64,000 nt of DNA from the human T2T-CHM13v2.0 reference genome, Homo sapiens. The stretch is from NCBI RefSeq assembly GCF_009914755.1, contig NC_060930.1. One strand, given 5' to 3'. The notes under the pieces were generated by a model. The model saw only the letters and a program-made list of their open reading frames with translations, was not told where the DNA came from and made no database searches. This document shows positions 28,934 to 42,600 of the stretch, piece by piece. The first letter of the stretch is position 1. Each line of letters opens with the position of its first letter. Made by a program: the position numbers and the translations under genes.

Positions 28934-31900
28934 ACGTGCTGATAAGGAGTTTGAAAATCATTAGTCTAGAGAAGCAGAAAATCAGGCATGACTTGCATTT
29001 ATAAGACAGTTTTGTTAAAACTCCTCTTCCCTTTTATTTAGACCCTTGTCAAATGTTTTAAATGATTGTTTGTAAGAGGTCAGTTGGTTGAAATTCCTTG
29101 ATATTAGTCCATACAAGTTTTAGCACAACTTCGTAGTTGGAATAGCTTGAAATCGCAAAATGTTGCTTTGGCTTGGCAGGTTGTTGTAGCCAGGAAAACC
29201 TAAGCATGAAACTCGGGTGAATTAGATATGTCATCAAATCCCCAGTGAACTCAACAAGGCTCATTTATTTTACTATGAAATTGATCAATTTGATTACCTT
29301 AAGAACAAAATCCAGTTATGACAGATATCAAGTTAAAGTAAGTGCCTTTCATTGTGGTCCTTTTTATCTTTTTTAGCTTCTACAGCATACAAGTATTTTT
29401 GAGTAGACTATTCAGTGTTGATATTTTTAATTACTCCATCCCTAAGTAAATTAAAGAGTACCAATATTCTTGAAAAAATATGAGATCTTTGAATTGTCCC
29501 AACTAAATATATTTGATTGGCACACCTTGCCAGGTTGCTGATAAAAAGCCTTTGTAACTATTTAAAATTTCAATTTGATGGCATTTCCTTATGAATTGCT
29601 TAGATACTTTATTCAATCTCATTCAATAGAAGGTTGAAATGGCTACCAAGAACTATACCATAAATTTGGTTTATCCACCAAAGCTGCTGATTTGATGGAG
29701 GTTTTTCATGACACAGTGCATAAATTGCTTTCTTTTTGGTTTCTCTATGAATATCTACATAGTTTCTTCAAACTAAATTCATAGCAGAAACAGGTTATAG
29801 TATATTTCTTTGTCTTCCGCAGCACTTAACATGGTTATAAGCATATGGTAGATCTCAAGAAATAGCAATTAGAGGCCATTTTATTAAGTACTCACATTAT
29901 AATAACAACAGTGGACATTACCTCTAGTTGGCAAGTCATAAAGAAAAACATCTGTGAATACTAAAAACTGCAAACATTTCTTGAACTTTTATATTTCCTT
30001 TAAGAAATATCTAAATTAATGCACTAAAAAATCCTTCAGATGGATTTTTGGGAAGACATAAAGTAATGGAAACTAGTTCATCTCCAAAGAACTGATCAAA
30101 AGGGGAAAAAATACAAAGAAATAACTTCTGATTCCAAAACAAAAGGTAAGTGTGTGCAGAGAAATTCCCAGGTAAGTATCAGGATGTATGAAGCCTGTTC
30201 ACATGGAAGCACTTTCATAATCTAAACAGTCTTCCAAGCACAAATGTATATCTTAAATATATGCCTGAAAAACAATGCCTGAGCCATATTGTCAACACTC
30301 AGAAGACAGAAAATAGATTTTCTGCCTCATTACAACTATAAATTCTGTCTGTATTCTGAACCCTAAGAGCATCATCATTAATTTTTTTCAACAGCAATGT
30401 CTTTAAAGAGATTCATATCTATACTTTAAAATAGAAATTGGTGGTACAAATTTATTCCAAAACATCACATTGTATATGTTGTGTGTATTGTCACTCATAT
30501 ACTGACCTGCCACAGAAATCAAAAGCAAATCTTTAAATATAAGTTGCTAAAACTTAGAATCTGATTTTCAAACTCATAGACTAAAATCTGGTTTGTGAAT
30601 ATTGGTGGTCAAATACAACATCGGTCACAAAACAATGAATGAACATTCTTCCAATGCAATGCAAATTGAGAGGTGAAAGTATTTTAAGGAATTTTGAAAA
30701 TCTAAAATATCTAGTGCTATAGCAAAAAGGGTAGTCAGGTGGTGATCAGAAGACACATTCAAGTCTTTTTACTACTTTGTGAACTCAGATGGATTATTTA
30801 AAGTCCATGAATTGAAGTTTTAAATTTAAAGAATAGAGATAAGACAATCGTGAAGATAAACATATATATTACATTAGAAATATTATACATATATAATTTA
30901 TATAACATATAATTTACACATATGTATAATTTATGTATGTATATGATTCTTATAGGAGGCGTGAGAATAGCATGTAAAATGCTTTACAATACTAAGGATA
31001 TAAGTATTATCTGGTACCATATCCTATACAGCATAGGTGATCAATTGAATATTGAACACCCTTCCATTTCTTGTGCAGTTATTATGGCATTTCTTTGCAG
31101 CTGCTATGAAGAAAATGTTACAGGAGCCAAGTCTCAAAGTTATCTGAGCCGACGACATACAACCCTATTTAATTGTGTCATTTGGTAGGTAGCAAAGCTA
31201 AGGGTTCCTATATTGCCTAGGTTAGAAACTTTAAAATTAGTTCAGGATACAGAGGGTTCTGTCCCTTCGCCATAACTCCTTTCACGAGCCAATCAGTTTA
31301 CAGAGAAGGATGAGGACCACGAACTGGTGAGAGGATAAGTCTGTGAGTGCAGAGAGAGCTGGCAGTTCACAGGCAGTGATACCAGGGCACTGGAAAAGTG
31401 TTACGGTGTCAGCACAGTTAAGCTCCACTTAGCAGCGTTTCTTCTCCAAATCCCTCACAGGGTTTTTGTGTAGGTCTTTGGGGAGAACTGTTCACCTGCC
31501 CATCTGGCCAGATGAAGGGCAAGGGGATTGTTTTCATCAAAAGAGAAAGCCTTAGAAGGAGGAAATGGTGAATAAAGGGCTGAATCCAGAGGATTACAAA
31601 TGCTTTTGAACTGCCCTGGGAAGATCAGAAGTGAGCAGCCGTGGAAGGTTTAATGCTGGCCTAAGTGATGCTCACCATTTTTTAAGAAGGCAGGGGAGGA
31701 AAACTTGCGGTGGAAACACTCTGCTAAGAGGCTTGTGTTAATAAGATCACAGAATTGCAAGTCATAGATAACAACAACAAATACCAGGTGTGCCTGAACT
31801 ATGAAAGCAAATAAATATGACATCATGTTCATTTCCATCAGTGCTATTATCATCATTCAAAAACAATCATAGCTCCAAATTAGATTCAGCCTAAATCCTG

Positions 31901-32236
31901 AGACCATCCAGCAGGAATACTCTTCCACCTTTCTTTAACTCATGCCTGATGTGTTCACCAGAGAATTTTACAGGACAGGCTTCCATTAATGTACCCAGGG
32001 GAAAACAAGTTATCCCTGGCTAGGTAGCTCAGGATATGCTAGAGAGACCCCTCAAGTACTGACTCCCTCGGGTTTCTGTTTCTGCCCACTGGAAGATGAC
32101 TAGCATCTCTGGCCACTTGGCATCACACAAGTAAACTGTTCTCTGATCATTTACATTTGAAAAACTGATGCTTCACATTTGAAGTGCAACACTAACCTTA
32201 GTTTCCCACAGCCATTTTATGAACTGCCTAGGTTAG

Positions 32237-32518
<282 letters not shown>

Positions 32519-32842
32519 TAGGTTAGAATTTTTTAAATTTAGTTGAAGATCCCAGTTAATGCCTGATACTATAAGAACATGAGAAAAAATAAAATGCTTA
32601 AATTGGAGTGTGGAGTCTCAGACTGAGACTGTTGATTGTCAAGAGGGTGGTATTTCTATGCTTAGAAGGTGGTATAAATGCCCTTACCCGTAACACTTGG
32701 TTGCTTATAACTTGGGTGTGTCCTGGCTCTGTCATCCCACAGCACTGACGGGGCTGAGATGCAGTCCCAACATGTACGTGCTGCCTCTGAAAGCCATTCA
32801 GCATGAAGACACCTTCCCAATGTGCCTGGACCCCAGGGAAGA

Positions 32843-35065
32843 ACTTACTTTCCCAAGCAATTACTTCATAAGTTTTAGAACAAAATATTTAAAATAAAAT
32901 CAAAAGAGAACTCCTTGATTGAACATGTGAACTCAGAAAATATGGAAAAGAGTTGTAGTTTTTTAGAGTGAACGTATTCATTCTCACGTTACCTACTTTA
33001 GCCTTGCTTCTAATCCCAAAATTTAAGGTCAACGACTGGTATGAGAATTTTACAAAAATAATTAAAAGGCTAGTATTAGGCCCATAATATCGTAGAAGTC
33101 CCACAAACATTTTTTTTCATTAGTTTCCCACAGAGTATATGTAAAAGTACCTGAATACATATGTACTAAAAGAATGTAATGTTGCTTCACCCATTTTTCA
33201 CTTGCTAGAGGATTGTCCCATGGTTTCCATATCCTAGACCTGAAATTAAGATTATAAAAACCAAGAAGTAGAAAACATAACTGGCTAACAAAAGAAAAAG
33301 ATTCATAACTTATGTTTTTCCATGATTGCTACAAATATGGATTCTAGAGCCAGAGAGTCTAGGTTCAAAACCCAGTTATATACTTTAATTAGCAATATAA
33401 TTTTGGTTAATTTACTTCATTTTCCCATGCTTCATTTTTTCTCATCTCTAAGTTGGGGATAATGATGGTAATACCAATATCTATCCCATTAATTCACAGT
33501 GAGAATAAAATGAGTCATTTTTGTTGTAGACTGAGAAAATTCACCAGCACCTAGTAATGTCCTAATTCTCAGTAAATGGTACCTCTCATTGTTGCAGATT
33601 TCACTAAACTTTTTATTTCAGAGCTTTTATCTTTAATACAGCCTGTGATATAGAAGATCTGCAATATAAAAAGTCTGCAACATAGAAACTATCACAATTG
33701 TACATGCTGTAAGTAGCCACCTGAACATTAAAATACAGTCATTTATTTGATTAAATGATGGCCCACAATTTAGCGGTTAAAGAAGGAAAGATTTACTTTA
33801 ATGTCAGTAGTGAAAGTAAGACATGAAAGATGGCTCTGTAGAACTATATGCATTTAGTCAGGAAAGTATAAAATTAAGATAATGATTCAGGTAACTTGTA
33901 CACAAAGGGGCCAGGTTGTAGGGGTGGGCCGGGTTCTTTTACTTCAATTTTCTAGCAAAGCTAAATTTTTTAAATACTCAAAATTCGAAGTCACCTGGTC
34001 TAGGCAGATACAGATTTTTAAAATGTTAAGTATCTAAAAACTGGATCCAGTAATACAAGTAATATTAATTTGGCCAATGTTTTGGAAATCCAGTCTACTT
34101 AATTTATATAAGTTTACCAAGATAGTTTCTATACAGACTTCATGGCAGCCAGGATCGTGCCAAATAAATCACTGAAACACAGCACAATCAGCAGATCTAT
34201 TAATCACTCTGCTCGAACTGAAAAGAGTCTTGTAGACTGATTAATTTAACTAAAGTCTTCAATAGCTTAAAGAAGTCTGATTCCAATCAGAAATCTACTG
34301 GCATTGCTGATTTCTCAAACGTCAGCCGCTTTACCACATCCCACACTTCAAAACCTGCTTTGAAGACCAAATTACTTTCTACCTGGAAATACATTTTAAG
34401 AAATCATAGTTTATAATCAGGGGCTGCTGTTTTCATGGTCTTTCCAAAGCCAACTTCTACAGCCTTCATTTTACCTGAGAGTGTAGTTCATCGTCTTCTT
34501 CTAAGAGATTGGGATCATAGTCCATAGAACAGGGACCGATTTTTTTAGGAATGCTCCCTAGGGTTAAAAACAAAAAAGTGGAAAAAAATATATGACACAT
34601 TTTCACTTCAGAGGATGTGTAAGCTTACACTGCTGAAATCAAAGAGCTTATATATGCCTTGACAAATGGGGGTAGAAGAAAGAATTCTAAAACGAAGGCC
34701 CTAAGTTGTGCTAGGTCGCTGGTTTTAATTCAGCCAGTGTATGAACTTCAAGTAGAACTCTACCCTCAGCCACACCATGGGATGTAATTTACAAGCAGTA
34801 GCTGTGTCTGGTCTGCTTTCCTACCTCATCTGGGTAGGATTCTCTATCATCAGCTGTTTCTGGGATCACATTTTCAAGAAAGCCTCCCTGCATCTTGTAT
34901 CAATGGTCCAATATGAAACTCTGAGATTAGAGAGGTTTGGTCCCTGCCTGCAACCAGTGCTTCTCACTTACTTACTCTCCCAAGAAACTGACTCATAAGT
35001 TTTGCAATATAATATTAAAAACAAAAAAGAGAACTCCTTAATTGAACATGTAAGCCCAGAAAATA
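32843..35065 (+). repeat. Dispersed direct duplication of ~100 bp (32843-32942 and 34970-35065)
   Basis: acttactYtcccaag...tcataagtttt...aagagaactccttRattgaacatgt...cagaaaata in both copies; about 80% identical. Confidence 0.85.
34475..34557 (-). CDS. OFCC1: Internal coding-type exon (83 nt, phase 1 to 0): xSIPKKIGPCSMDYDPNLLEEDDELHSQ; probable OFCC1 exon
   Basis: Minus-strand acceptor ttttttccacttttttgtttttaaccctAG and donor CAG|gtaaaa. The frame is open and joins in frame to exon 27723-27599. The peptide matches my recollection of OFCC1/MRDS1; no database check was possible. The human gene may be annotated as a pseudogene. Confidence 0.8.
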
Positions 35066-35109
35066 GAGTTTTAGGTACCTTTGGCATATCGTGTGTGATG
35101 TGTTCTATA

Positions 35110-35350
35110 TCAAGGTTTCTCAGCTGCGGCGCTATTGACATATTGGGCTGGATAATTCTGTGTTGTACAGAATTACAGAATTACAACACGGCTGCACCGT
35201 GCTTTGTTTAGCAGCATTCCTGGCCTCTACTTATTCAATGCCAGCAGCACCCTCTACCTAACCCCCAACCACTAGTTGTGGCAACCAAAAATGTCTCTAG
35301 ACTTTGCCAAATGTCTGTTGGGACAAAACATGGCCAGTTGAGTGCACTGT
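35110..35350. mobile_element. MER20 hAT MITE
   Basis: gtttctca...ctattgacatattgggctggataattct...agttgtggcaaccaaaaatgtctctagactttgccaaatgtc. Confidence 0.85.
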
Positions 35351-35783
35351 TCTAGATTGCCAACTCCTTAAGAGACAAGGTATCTTTTCACCCTTGCTTT
35401 TCCTATAGTGTCTTGCACAGTATTTCTGAACCAATCAGATGTTGCTTAAAGGAAAATAAATAAATAAATGGCAATAGCATTTATAAGCAGGTATTCCTAC
35501 AGCTTTATGCCTCCAAAGTCATTGTCTTGACCACTCATTTCAGTGAACCCATATGGCAAGGTCTATCCCCAGGGTCTTGTGACTAATATCCTGGCCCAGA
35601 AGATGCAGGTGCTTGGAGTGCTTCAGGAAAGCCACAGCTTTGATATGGGGGTTGACCTGACAGATTTTTTTCAAAACAGATAGCATGTGTTGTGAGCAGT
35701 CAAAGCCTTGTTTTCTGTCCCCCTTTCTCTCTCCAGGAATTGAATGGTGTCATCCCCTGTCTTTTGAAATTGCCTTTGTAGAC

Positions 35784-36081
35784 TTTTTTTTTTTTTTTTT
35801 TTGAGACAGTCTTGCTCTGTTGCCCAGGCTGTCAGTGGCACAATGACGTCAGCTCACTGCAACTTCCACCTCCTGGGTTCAAGCAATTCTCCTGCCTCAA
35901 TCTCCTGAGTTGCTGGGATTACAGGCATGTGCTACCACACCCGGCTAATTTTTTGTATTTTTAGTAGAGAGGGGTTTTGCCATGCTGCTCAGGCTGGTCT
36001 TGAACTCCTGAGCTCAGGCAATCCACCCGCCTCGGCCTCCCAAAGCGCTAGGATTACAGGCATGAGCCACAGCACCCGGCC
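35784..36081 (-). mobile_element. AluS (Sx/Sz-like), full length
   Basis: Antisense Alu; TSD ttgtagac. Confidence 0.95.
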
Positions 36082-36494
36082 CCTTGTAGACATTTTACAA
36101 TGAGATTTAAGAAGTGTAAGATTCTGAGGACATAGATTGTATGTCTGCATGCTTCAGAAACCTTTTCCTCCCAAAGGGTGACCCCGCCAGCTTCTTGCTC
36201 CCCAGTCTAGGTCTGTGTGGCTCAAGCATTTTGGGAAATGATGTTTCATTGTGTTTCTTGACACTACCTCCAGTGTACTGCGCGAAGATAAAGGCAGATA
36301 CTGAGAAATATCCTTCTTCATGGAAATTCAGATGAGTCAGGCACCTCTTCTTTGAAACACCTAATACTTCAGTCACATAGATCCCTGGAAGAACTCCCTC
36401 TCTTTGGGTCTAAAACAGCATTTGTTGGTAGTGAGATTGTTATGGTCAAAATGACAATAAGAAAGGGAGGAGAAGGAAAAGTAGTCTAGAAAAC

Positions 36495-36963
36495 ATTTTT
36501 ATTTAGGTTTTAAATATATTATTTAAATATAAAATTTTGATAACGGTAATTTATATTTATCATAAATTAATTACATATTAAATTAATCATAATGACTATA
36601 TATGTTTACATATAAAACATTATATCTAAACATATATAAAACATACATAAACATATTAAAACAAATATACAATTATATGTTGCAGATAATATGTAATTAT
36701 AATCTAATGATTAATTTAATATTTATATATAATTGGCATATATATTATAATGGATGATTTAATGGTTACATTAAATATTATTTAAATACTACAATATTTA
36801 TATATTTAGTATACATTTTTAATGTATTATTCTTTTTAAAGCCTTATAATTTAAATTCTTAGTGTATAATTTCTAGCTGGAATAACAAATATAAATATGA
36901 AACAATAATAGAATGCATTTTTTAGTATTTTCTAAGAACTCTGTATATATTATGTTGTTTACA

Positions 36964-36998
<35 letters not shown>
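36495..36998. repeat. AT-rich low-complexity tract followed by (CA)n at 36965-36998
   Basis: Very high AT content; about 17 CA units. Confidence 0.9.
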
Positions 36999-36999
<1 letters not shown>

Positions 37000-38692
37000 C
37001 TGTTAAAATAGTTACCATTCCCCCATTTGATAAATTTGGAAATTGAGACTCAGATCAAAGAACTTCCCTCAAATTAGACAGCCAATTAGAGGAAAATCTG
37101 AAATTTAATCCCAGTTCTTTTTGACCACAAAAAGAACTTAGAAATCTTCCTGCTAGAACTAATTTCTAATTTAACAGGATTTACATCCTTATATGTTAAT
37201 AAAATGTAGTGATGGTGTGCATGTTAAGGTAATAAAGTCTCTATCGAAGACAGAGACTCCTAAAAGTCTTTAATATTTTCTTGGTTCTCATGTAAAATGT
37301 TCTTTGCTTTAAAACAGACCTTCCTATTTATAAAAACATATATAGCAATATATGCATATTAGACAATTATTTATATATGCTATGTAGTAATTGTATGTGT
37401 CATAGAATTATGTTATATAAATGTATCTATAATATTTTACCAAAGTATGATCGTATCATATATGTTATTTGCATCCTTCTTTACACATAACATATTGTTT
37501 TTTTCTGGCTATTAAATATTCCCCAATGTATAATTTTTAATTACTGCATAGTAATACATAATATGGTTTTATTTAACCAGCCCCCTTTGCTTAATATTTA
37601 TATCATGTTGTACATATTTTACAAAAATTTTATTGTCCTTCTGTGCTTATTTTCTTAAAATGAGTATTCAGGGTCAGGGATACTAAATCAGATGCTCAAG
37701 GTTTTTGTCTTTGCTCTATAAAATGAATTATCAAAGTTTATATTGTAACCAGCCAATGCAGGAACGTGTCTAATTATCCACATGCTTGCCAAAACTTGTC
37801 TGCTTAGTAGACAAAATAATAAATCTCATTGTTGTTTTAATTTGAAATCCTAGAAATCTAATACATTTGAATATTTTTATGTTTGCTGAGCATTTATGTA
37901 GATTCCCTTCCATGCCATTCCCCCTAATTTTTCAGCTGGAATATTTAATATTTTCTTTGTAATTTTTATCTTTCCATATTAAAGATATTAACTCTGCCTA
38001 ACATGATGGTTCAAAATATTTTTCTTAGTTTGCAGTGTGTCTTTTAATTTCTTTGAGAGCTGTGTGTATATTTATAAGATATAATTTTCAGTCTTATATA
38101 CTCCTGTGTATCAATGTTTTCTTTCATTGTTTCTCCTTTTACTTATAAGCTTACAAAACCTTTTCACACGAAATAGTCAAACCATACATACACAAAATAT
38201 AAATTAAACAAAGAACTTGTGGGGTCCTTTTATGATTTCTTGCGTGCTTTCCCACTGCCAGGTAAGCAGCCATGGCACCTGGGGTCTGAGCCAACACCTC
38301 AGGCTCAGACATGCAAAACAGAACTGACCCTCATTGCTGTCCGAGGGCACTATCTCTTTTCACGACTTTGCTATTCTCTTTCCACCCAGACCCAAAATTC
38401 TCTTGTCTTCCATGAATTTTTCTACTCTATTGTCATCCACATCTAATGCTTTGTCACATTATCTTCTACCTCATTCAGTAGTTTAATGGCCATTTCTTCC
38501 TCCCTTTCGCCATAACCCTAGCTTGAGCCTTCATTGCTTCCTACCTCTGCAGGTACAGGCAGATGGGGGATGAGGGGAGAGAAAGAGAAACATTCAACTG
38601 AGATAAATTCATGGCATGTGCTTTTTTTTGCAAATTTTAATTTTCCATTCAATAAGAAATTATGGTCATCTCTACAAGTCATAAAATATACA

Positions 38693-38795
38693 TCCACCTT
38701 TTTTCTTAAAATGGCCTTTTTCTTCTTGATCCCCCTTCAGGCCTTCCATCCATAGTTCCCTAAATCCTTTTCAATTCACCTGCCCCATATAATCA

Positions 38796-38840
<45 letters not shown>

Positions 38841-39070
38841 GAACATATGGACATGTACATTTATAGAGGTACTTTTTATCACTGCACAAAAAGGAGATTA
38901 TATATAATCTCTTTTTTACATTACTTATATTATATATAATATAATATTTTTATGTATAAAATAAAATGGATTATATGGGGCAGGTGAATTGAAGAGGAGT
39001 TAGGGAACTATGGATGGAAGGCCTGAAGGGGGATCAAGAAGAAAAAGGCCATTTTAAGAAAAAAGGTGGA
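38693..39070. repeat. 102-bp near-perfect inverted repeat (arms 38693-38794 and 38969-39070) with a 174-bp spacer containing (CA)n
   Basis: The reverse complement of the right arm matches the left arm at 100/102 positions. Confidence 0.97.
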
Positions 39071-39439
39071 AATAAATTGATTTTATTATATGTTGCTTGT
39101 CAAAATGTATTTTTAAAAGTTTTTTGAAAAGCAGACTAGTAACATCTATTAGCATTTACAATAAGCAAACTATTTGACTCAGGAATTCCACCCAAAAAAC
39201 TAGAAGCTGGGGAGCTAAGATACAGGAGGACTATTGGGAGTTGACTGCAAACTCCCTTCATACAAGCTCTCACCTTGTCACCCAAACCCTACATGGTATT
39301 TAGGGGACAGGGCAAGGGCCACCTCACTCCTTGCAGCTTCTACAAGCTCACATCAGATGAGGATGTCCCTGGCAATTTTGTTACTACACACCCTGCATTT
39401 CCCCTGGCTAACTCCAGAAAACCAGAATCCAACTGATAT

Positions 39440-39605
39440 TTTTTTAAATCAAATTGTTGAGTTACAATTAATATACAATAAAATGTACATATTTTAAATG
39501 TACAATTAAATGGGTTTTGACAAATGGATAATTCCATGTAACTCCCAACACAAATGAAATCTAAAACATTTTTTGCATCACACTAAAAAGTTTTCCTGTA
39601 CCCTT

Positions 39606-39640
<35 letters not shown>

Positions 39641-42600
39641 CTAGCAAACAGTGATCTGATCCCCAGCATGATAAATTAGAATTCTGCTACAATATCTCAC
39701 ATAGATATAATAATGCAGTATTGGCTCTCTTGGTTCTGGCTTCTTTCACTCAGAACAGTAGCTTGAGATTCATCTGTGTTATTGCTTGTATGGGAAGTTC
39801 ATTACTCTATTGATGAGTAGTATTCCCTTTAATGAATGAACTACAATTTATTGATTCTTCATATTTAAGTCTTTCAAAGTTTTGACTCTGAGTATGGCTG
39901 TTATGAAAATTCATATCCAAATACTCTTGTAGGAAAATGTTTTCATTTCTCTTGGGCAAATACATAGGAGTGGAATTGCTGGGTCATTTGATAAATATGC
40001 CAGCAAAGGAAAAGAGTTTTCGTTCCACGAATTTTCAATTTCTGCCATTCAGTGTATATTTAGGAGTGTATGTCTTCCTAATGATTCGTCCCCTTTCTTT
40101 ATCTTTGTCTTGAAGTCTACTATTAGATTTCTAACATTAGATATTAATGTAGCCACACCAGCTTTCTTACATACAGTGTTTCCGTGGCATACATTTTTTA
40201 GTCTTTTCACTTTCAACTTATTTCTGTCTTTAAATTTATAGAGCATCTGTTGTAGACAGCATATAGTTGAGTCTTGCTTTTAAATCCACATTAGCAATCC
40301 CTGCTTTTTAATTTATTAAATCTTGAATATTTCATGTAATTATTGACATGATTGAGTATGTGTAGACATCTTGCTATTAATTTGTGCTTTGTCTCTTTGG
40401 GTTTTTTGTTCTGTTGACCCATTCCTGCATTATTTTGGGTGACTCATGTATGTTTTCAGTCTTTCATCTTGTTTCCTCTATTATTTTCTTGGCTATATTT
40501 TTTAGGTTGGTACTGTTTGCTTTAGGACTAATAGCATGCATCCTAAAATTATCCCACAATATTTCAAGTCAATGTTATCGACTGCCACACTTCATACCTG
40601 ACAGTTCACATTACCCACTTCATACTTCTCCCTACACAGTATACAACAGTATAATTCCAGTTCCCACTCCCTCATCCTTTGAGCAATTGTCATATCTTTT
40701 ATCTACACATGCTTTATAACCCCATCTTACAATGCCATTTTGTTTAAAAAGTAGATTACATTTTAAGACAATTATTAGAAAACTTAGTGTTTCATATTTA
40801 CATACATACTGCAATTCTGATATCCCTCCATTCCCCTGTATAGATCATTTTGTATTATTTTCTTTCAGCTTAAAGAACATTTTTAACTTTTTTATAGTGC
40901 TGATCTGCTGGAGAAAAATTATTTCAGCTTTCCTTCATCTGAAAATGTCTTTATTTCACCCTCCACTTTTATAGGATTCTTTTGCTAGATATAGATTTGT
41001 GAATTGACATTCTTTGTCCTCATTTTAAAATATATCATTATATTGACTTCTTGTCTCTATTTTTTCTGACAATGTCAACAATTTCTCACATTATTGTTTC
41101 CTTGTCTGTAACATGTGTTTTTTCCTTCTTCCTACTTTCAGGATTTTCACTTTAATTTGGATCTTCAGCAGTTGACTATGATATCCTTAAGTATGGCTTC
41201 CTTTGTATTTACTCTTCTGGAGTTCACTGAGAGTATTCAAGCTATAAGTCAAAATATTTCCTCAAATTTGGAAAATTTTCAGTCATCACTTTTTAATGTA
41301 CAGTTTCTCTCATTTTATTATACTTTTCTTTCTAAGATTCCTATTACTGACATATATGTCAAACTATGTGATATTGCCCCATGAGTCTCTGAGTCTCTCT
41401 TCATTTTTCTCCCACCTTTTTCTTTTCTTTACTTCAGATTAGTTAATTTCTATTGTTCTGTGTCCAAGCTCACTGATTTTTTCTTCTGCCATTCTAATTT
41501 GCTATTAAGCCTATGCAATAAATTTCTCATTTAATTCTTGGATTTTCAGTTCTGTGTTTGGTTACTATTTTATAATTTCCATATTGCTACTGAGACACCC
41601 TATCTATTCACTGATGAAGGCCATGAGTGAAAGTATTTTCTTTAAATTTGTGAACATATTTGCAATGGATATTTTAATATTTTTCCATGCTAAATTTAAT
41701 GTCTGAATCATTTTGGTGTTATTTTTATCACTTTTTTCCTTGCCTAAGGCTCATATTTTCTCATTTCTTTGCATGTCTAGTAACTGTAGATTGTATAACG
41801 GGCATTGGAGAAGTCTCTGGATTCCCTTATCTTCCTCTGAAAGGTGTTGATTTTTTTTTTCTAGCAGGCAGTTCAATTTTTGGCTGATTCCTTTCAACTC
41901 CTGTAGTCTTGAATTTACATTTTGTTACAGCAGGTCCAAAAAACAAAAAACAAACCAACCAACCAACCCAAGGGTTTCCAAGCCACGAAGCCACTCTTCC
42001 TTGACAAAGCTCAACCTCAAAGCTCTAACTCCTCTGCTTACAGTGTCAGGGCTTGTTTTGGGCTTTCTTTGGGTGGGTATAGAGTAAGCTACTTTAGAGC
42101 GTGCTCTTTATGTATAATATGCAGACACTTGGTATCCTAATTTTCTGACCAAACTGATAATGAGGTATTAACATGCCTCTTCTGGTTGCGTTTGAACTCC
42201 CCCTCTGTTTGAATTCTAGTATGTCTGTTCTGCTCTCAGGTCTACCAGAGCCTCTAGCAAGTAAGTAGCCATTTAGCAAAGCCTTGGTATGCCTCACTAT
42301 GGTTAAGTACAGCATAACCCGCGACCAAGAACCCGGGGGGGAGGTTTTTATACTGACATCTTCCTGCTTTCTGTTCTACTTTGCAGATTGCAGCTGTTTC
42401 AGCTGCAATGGTTTCCTGAGCTCAGTGGGACTTTCTCATTCTACTGCTCTACAGTCAGGTTATTACACCCAGGGCCACTGTTCACCGCGTAGAGTTTGCT
42501 TATCAGTTTCTCTTCTTTCAGGGATCATAGTCACGCCTTTTGATGGCAGTGCTCCAATGCAGTTGCTCCATAAATTCTTTCCACTGTAATGGTTGATGAC
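39440..42600 (-). mobile_element. Old L1M fragments, antisense, with (CA)n at ~39609-39637
   Basis: tttcatttctcttgggcaaatacataggagtggaattgctgggtca 3' motif. ORF 40049-40246 carries an endonuclease remnant (KKAGVATLIS...VDFKTK). T-rich strand bias. Confidence 0.8.
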
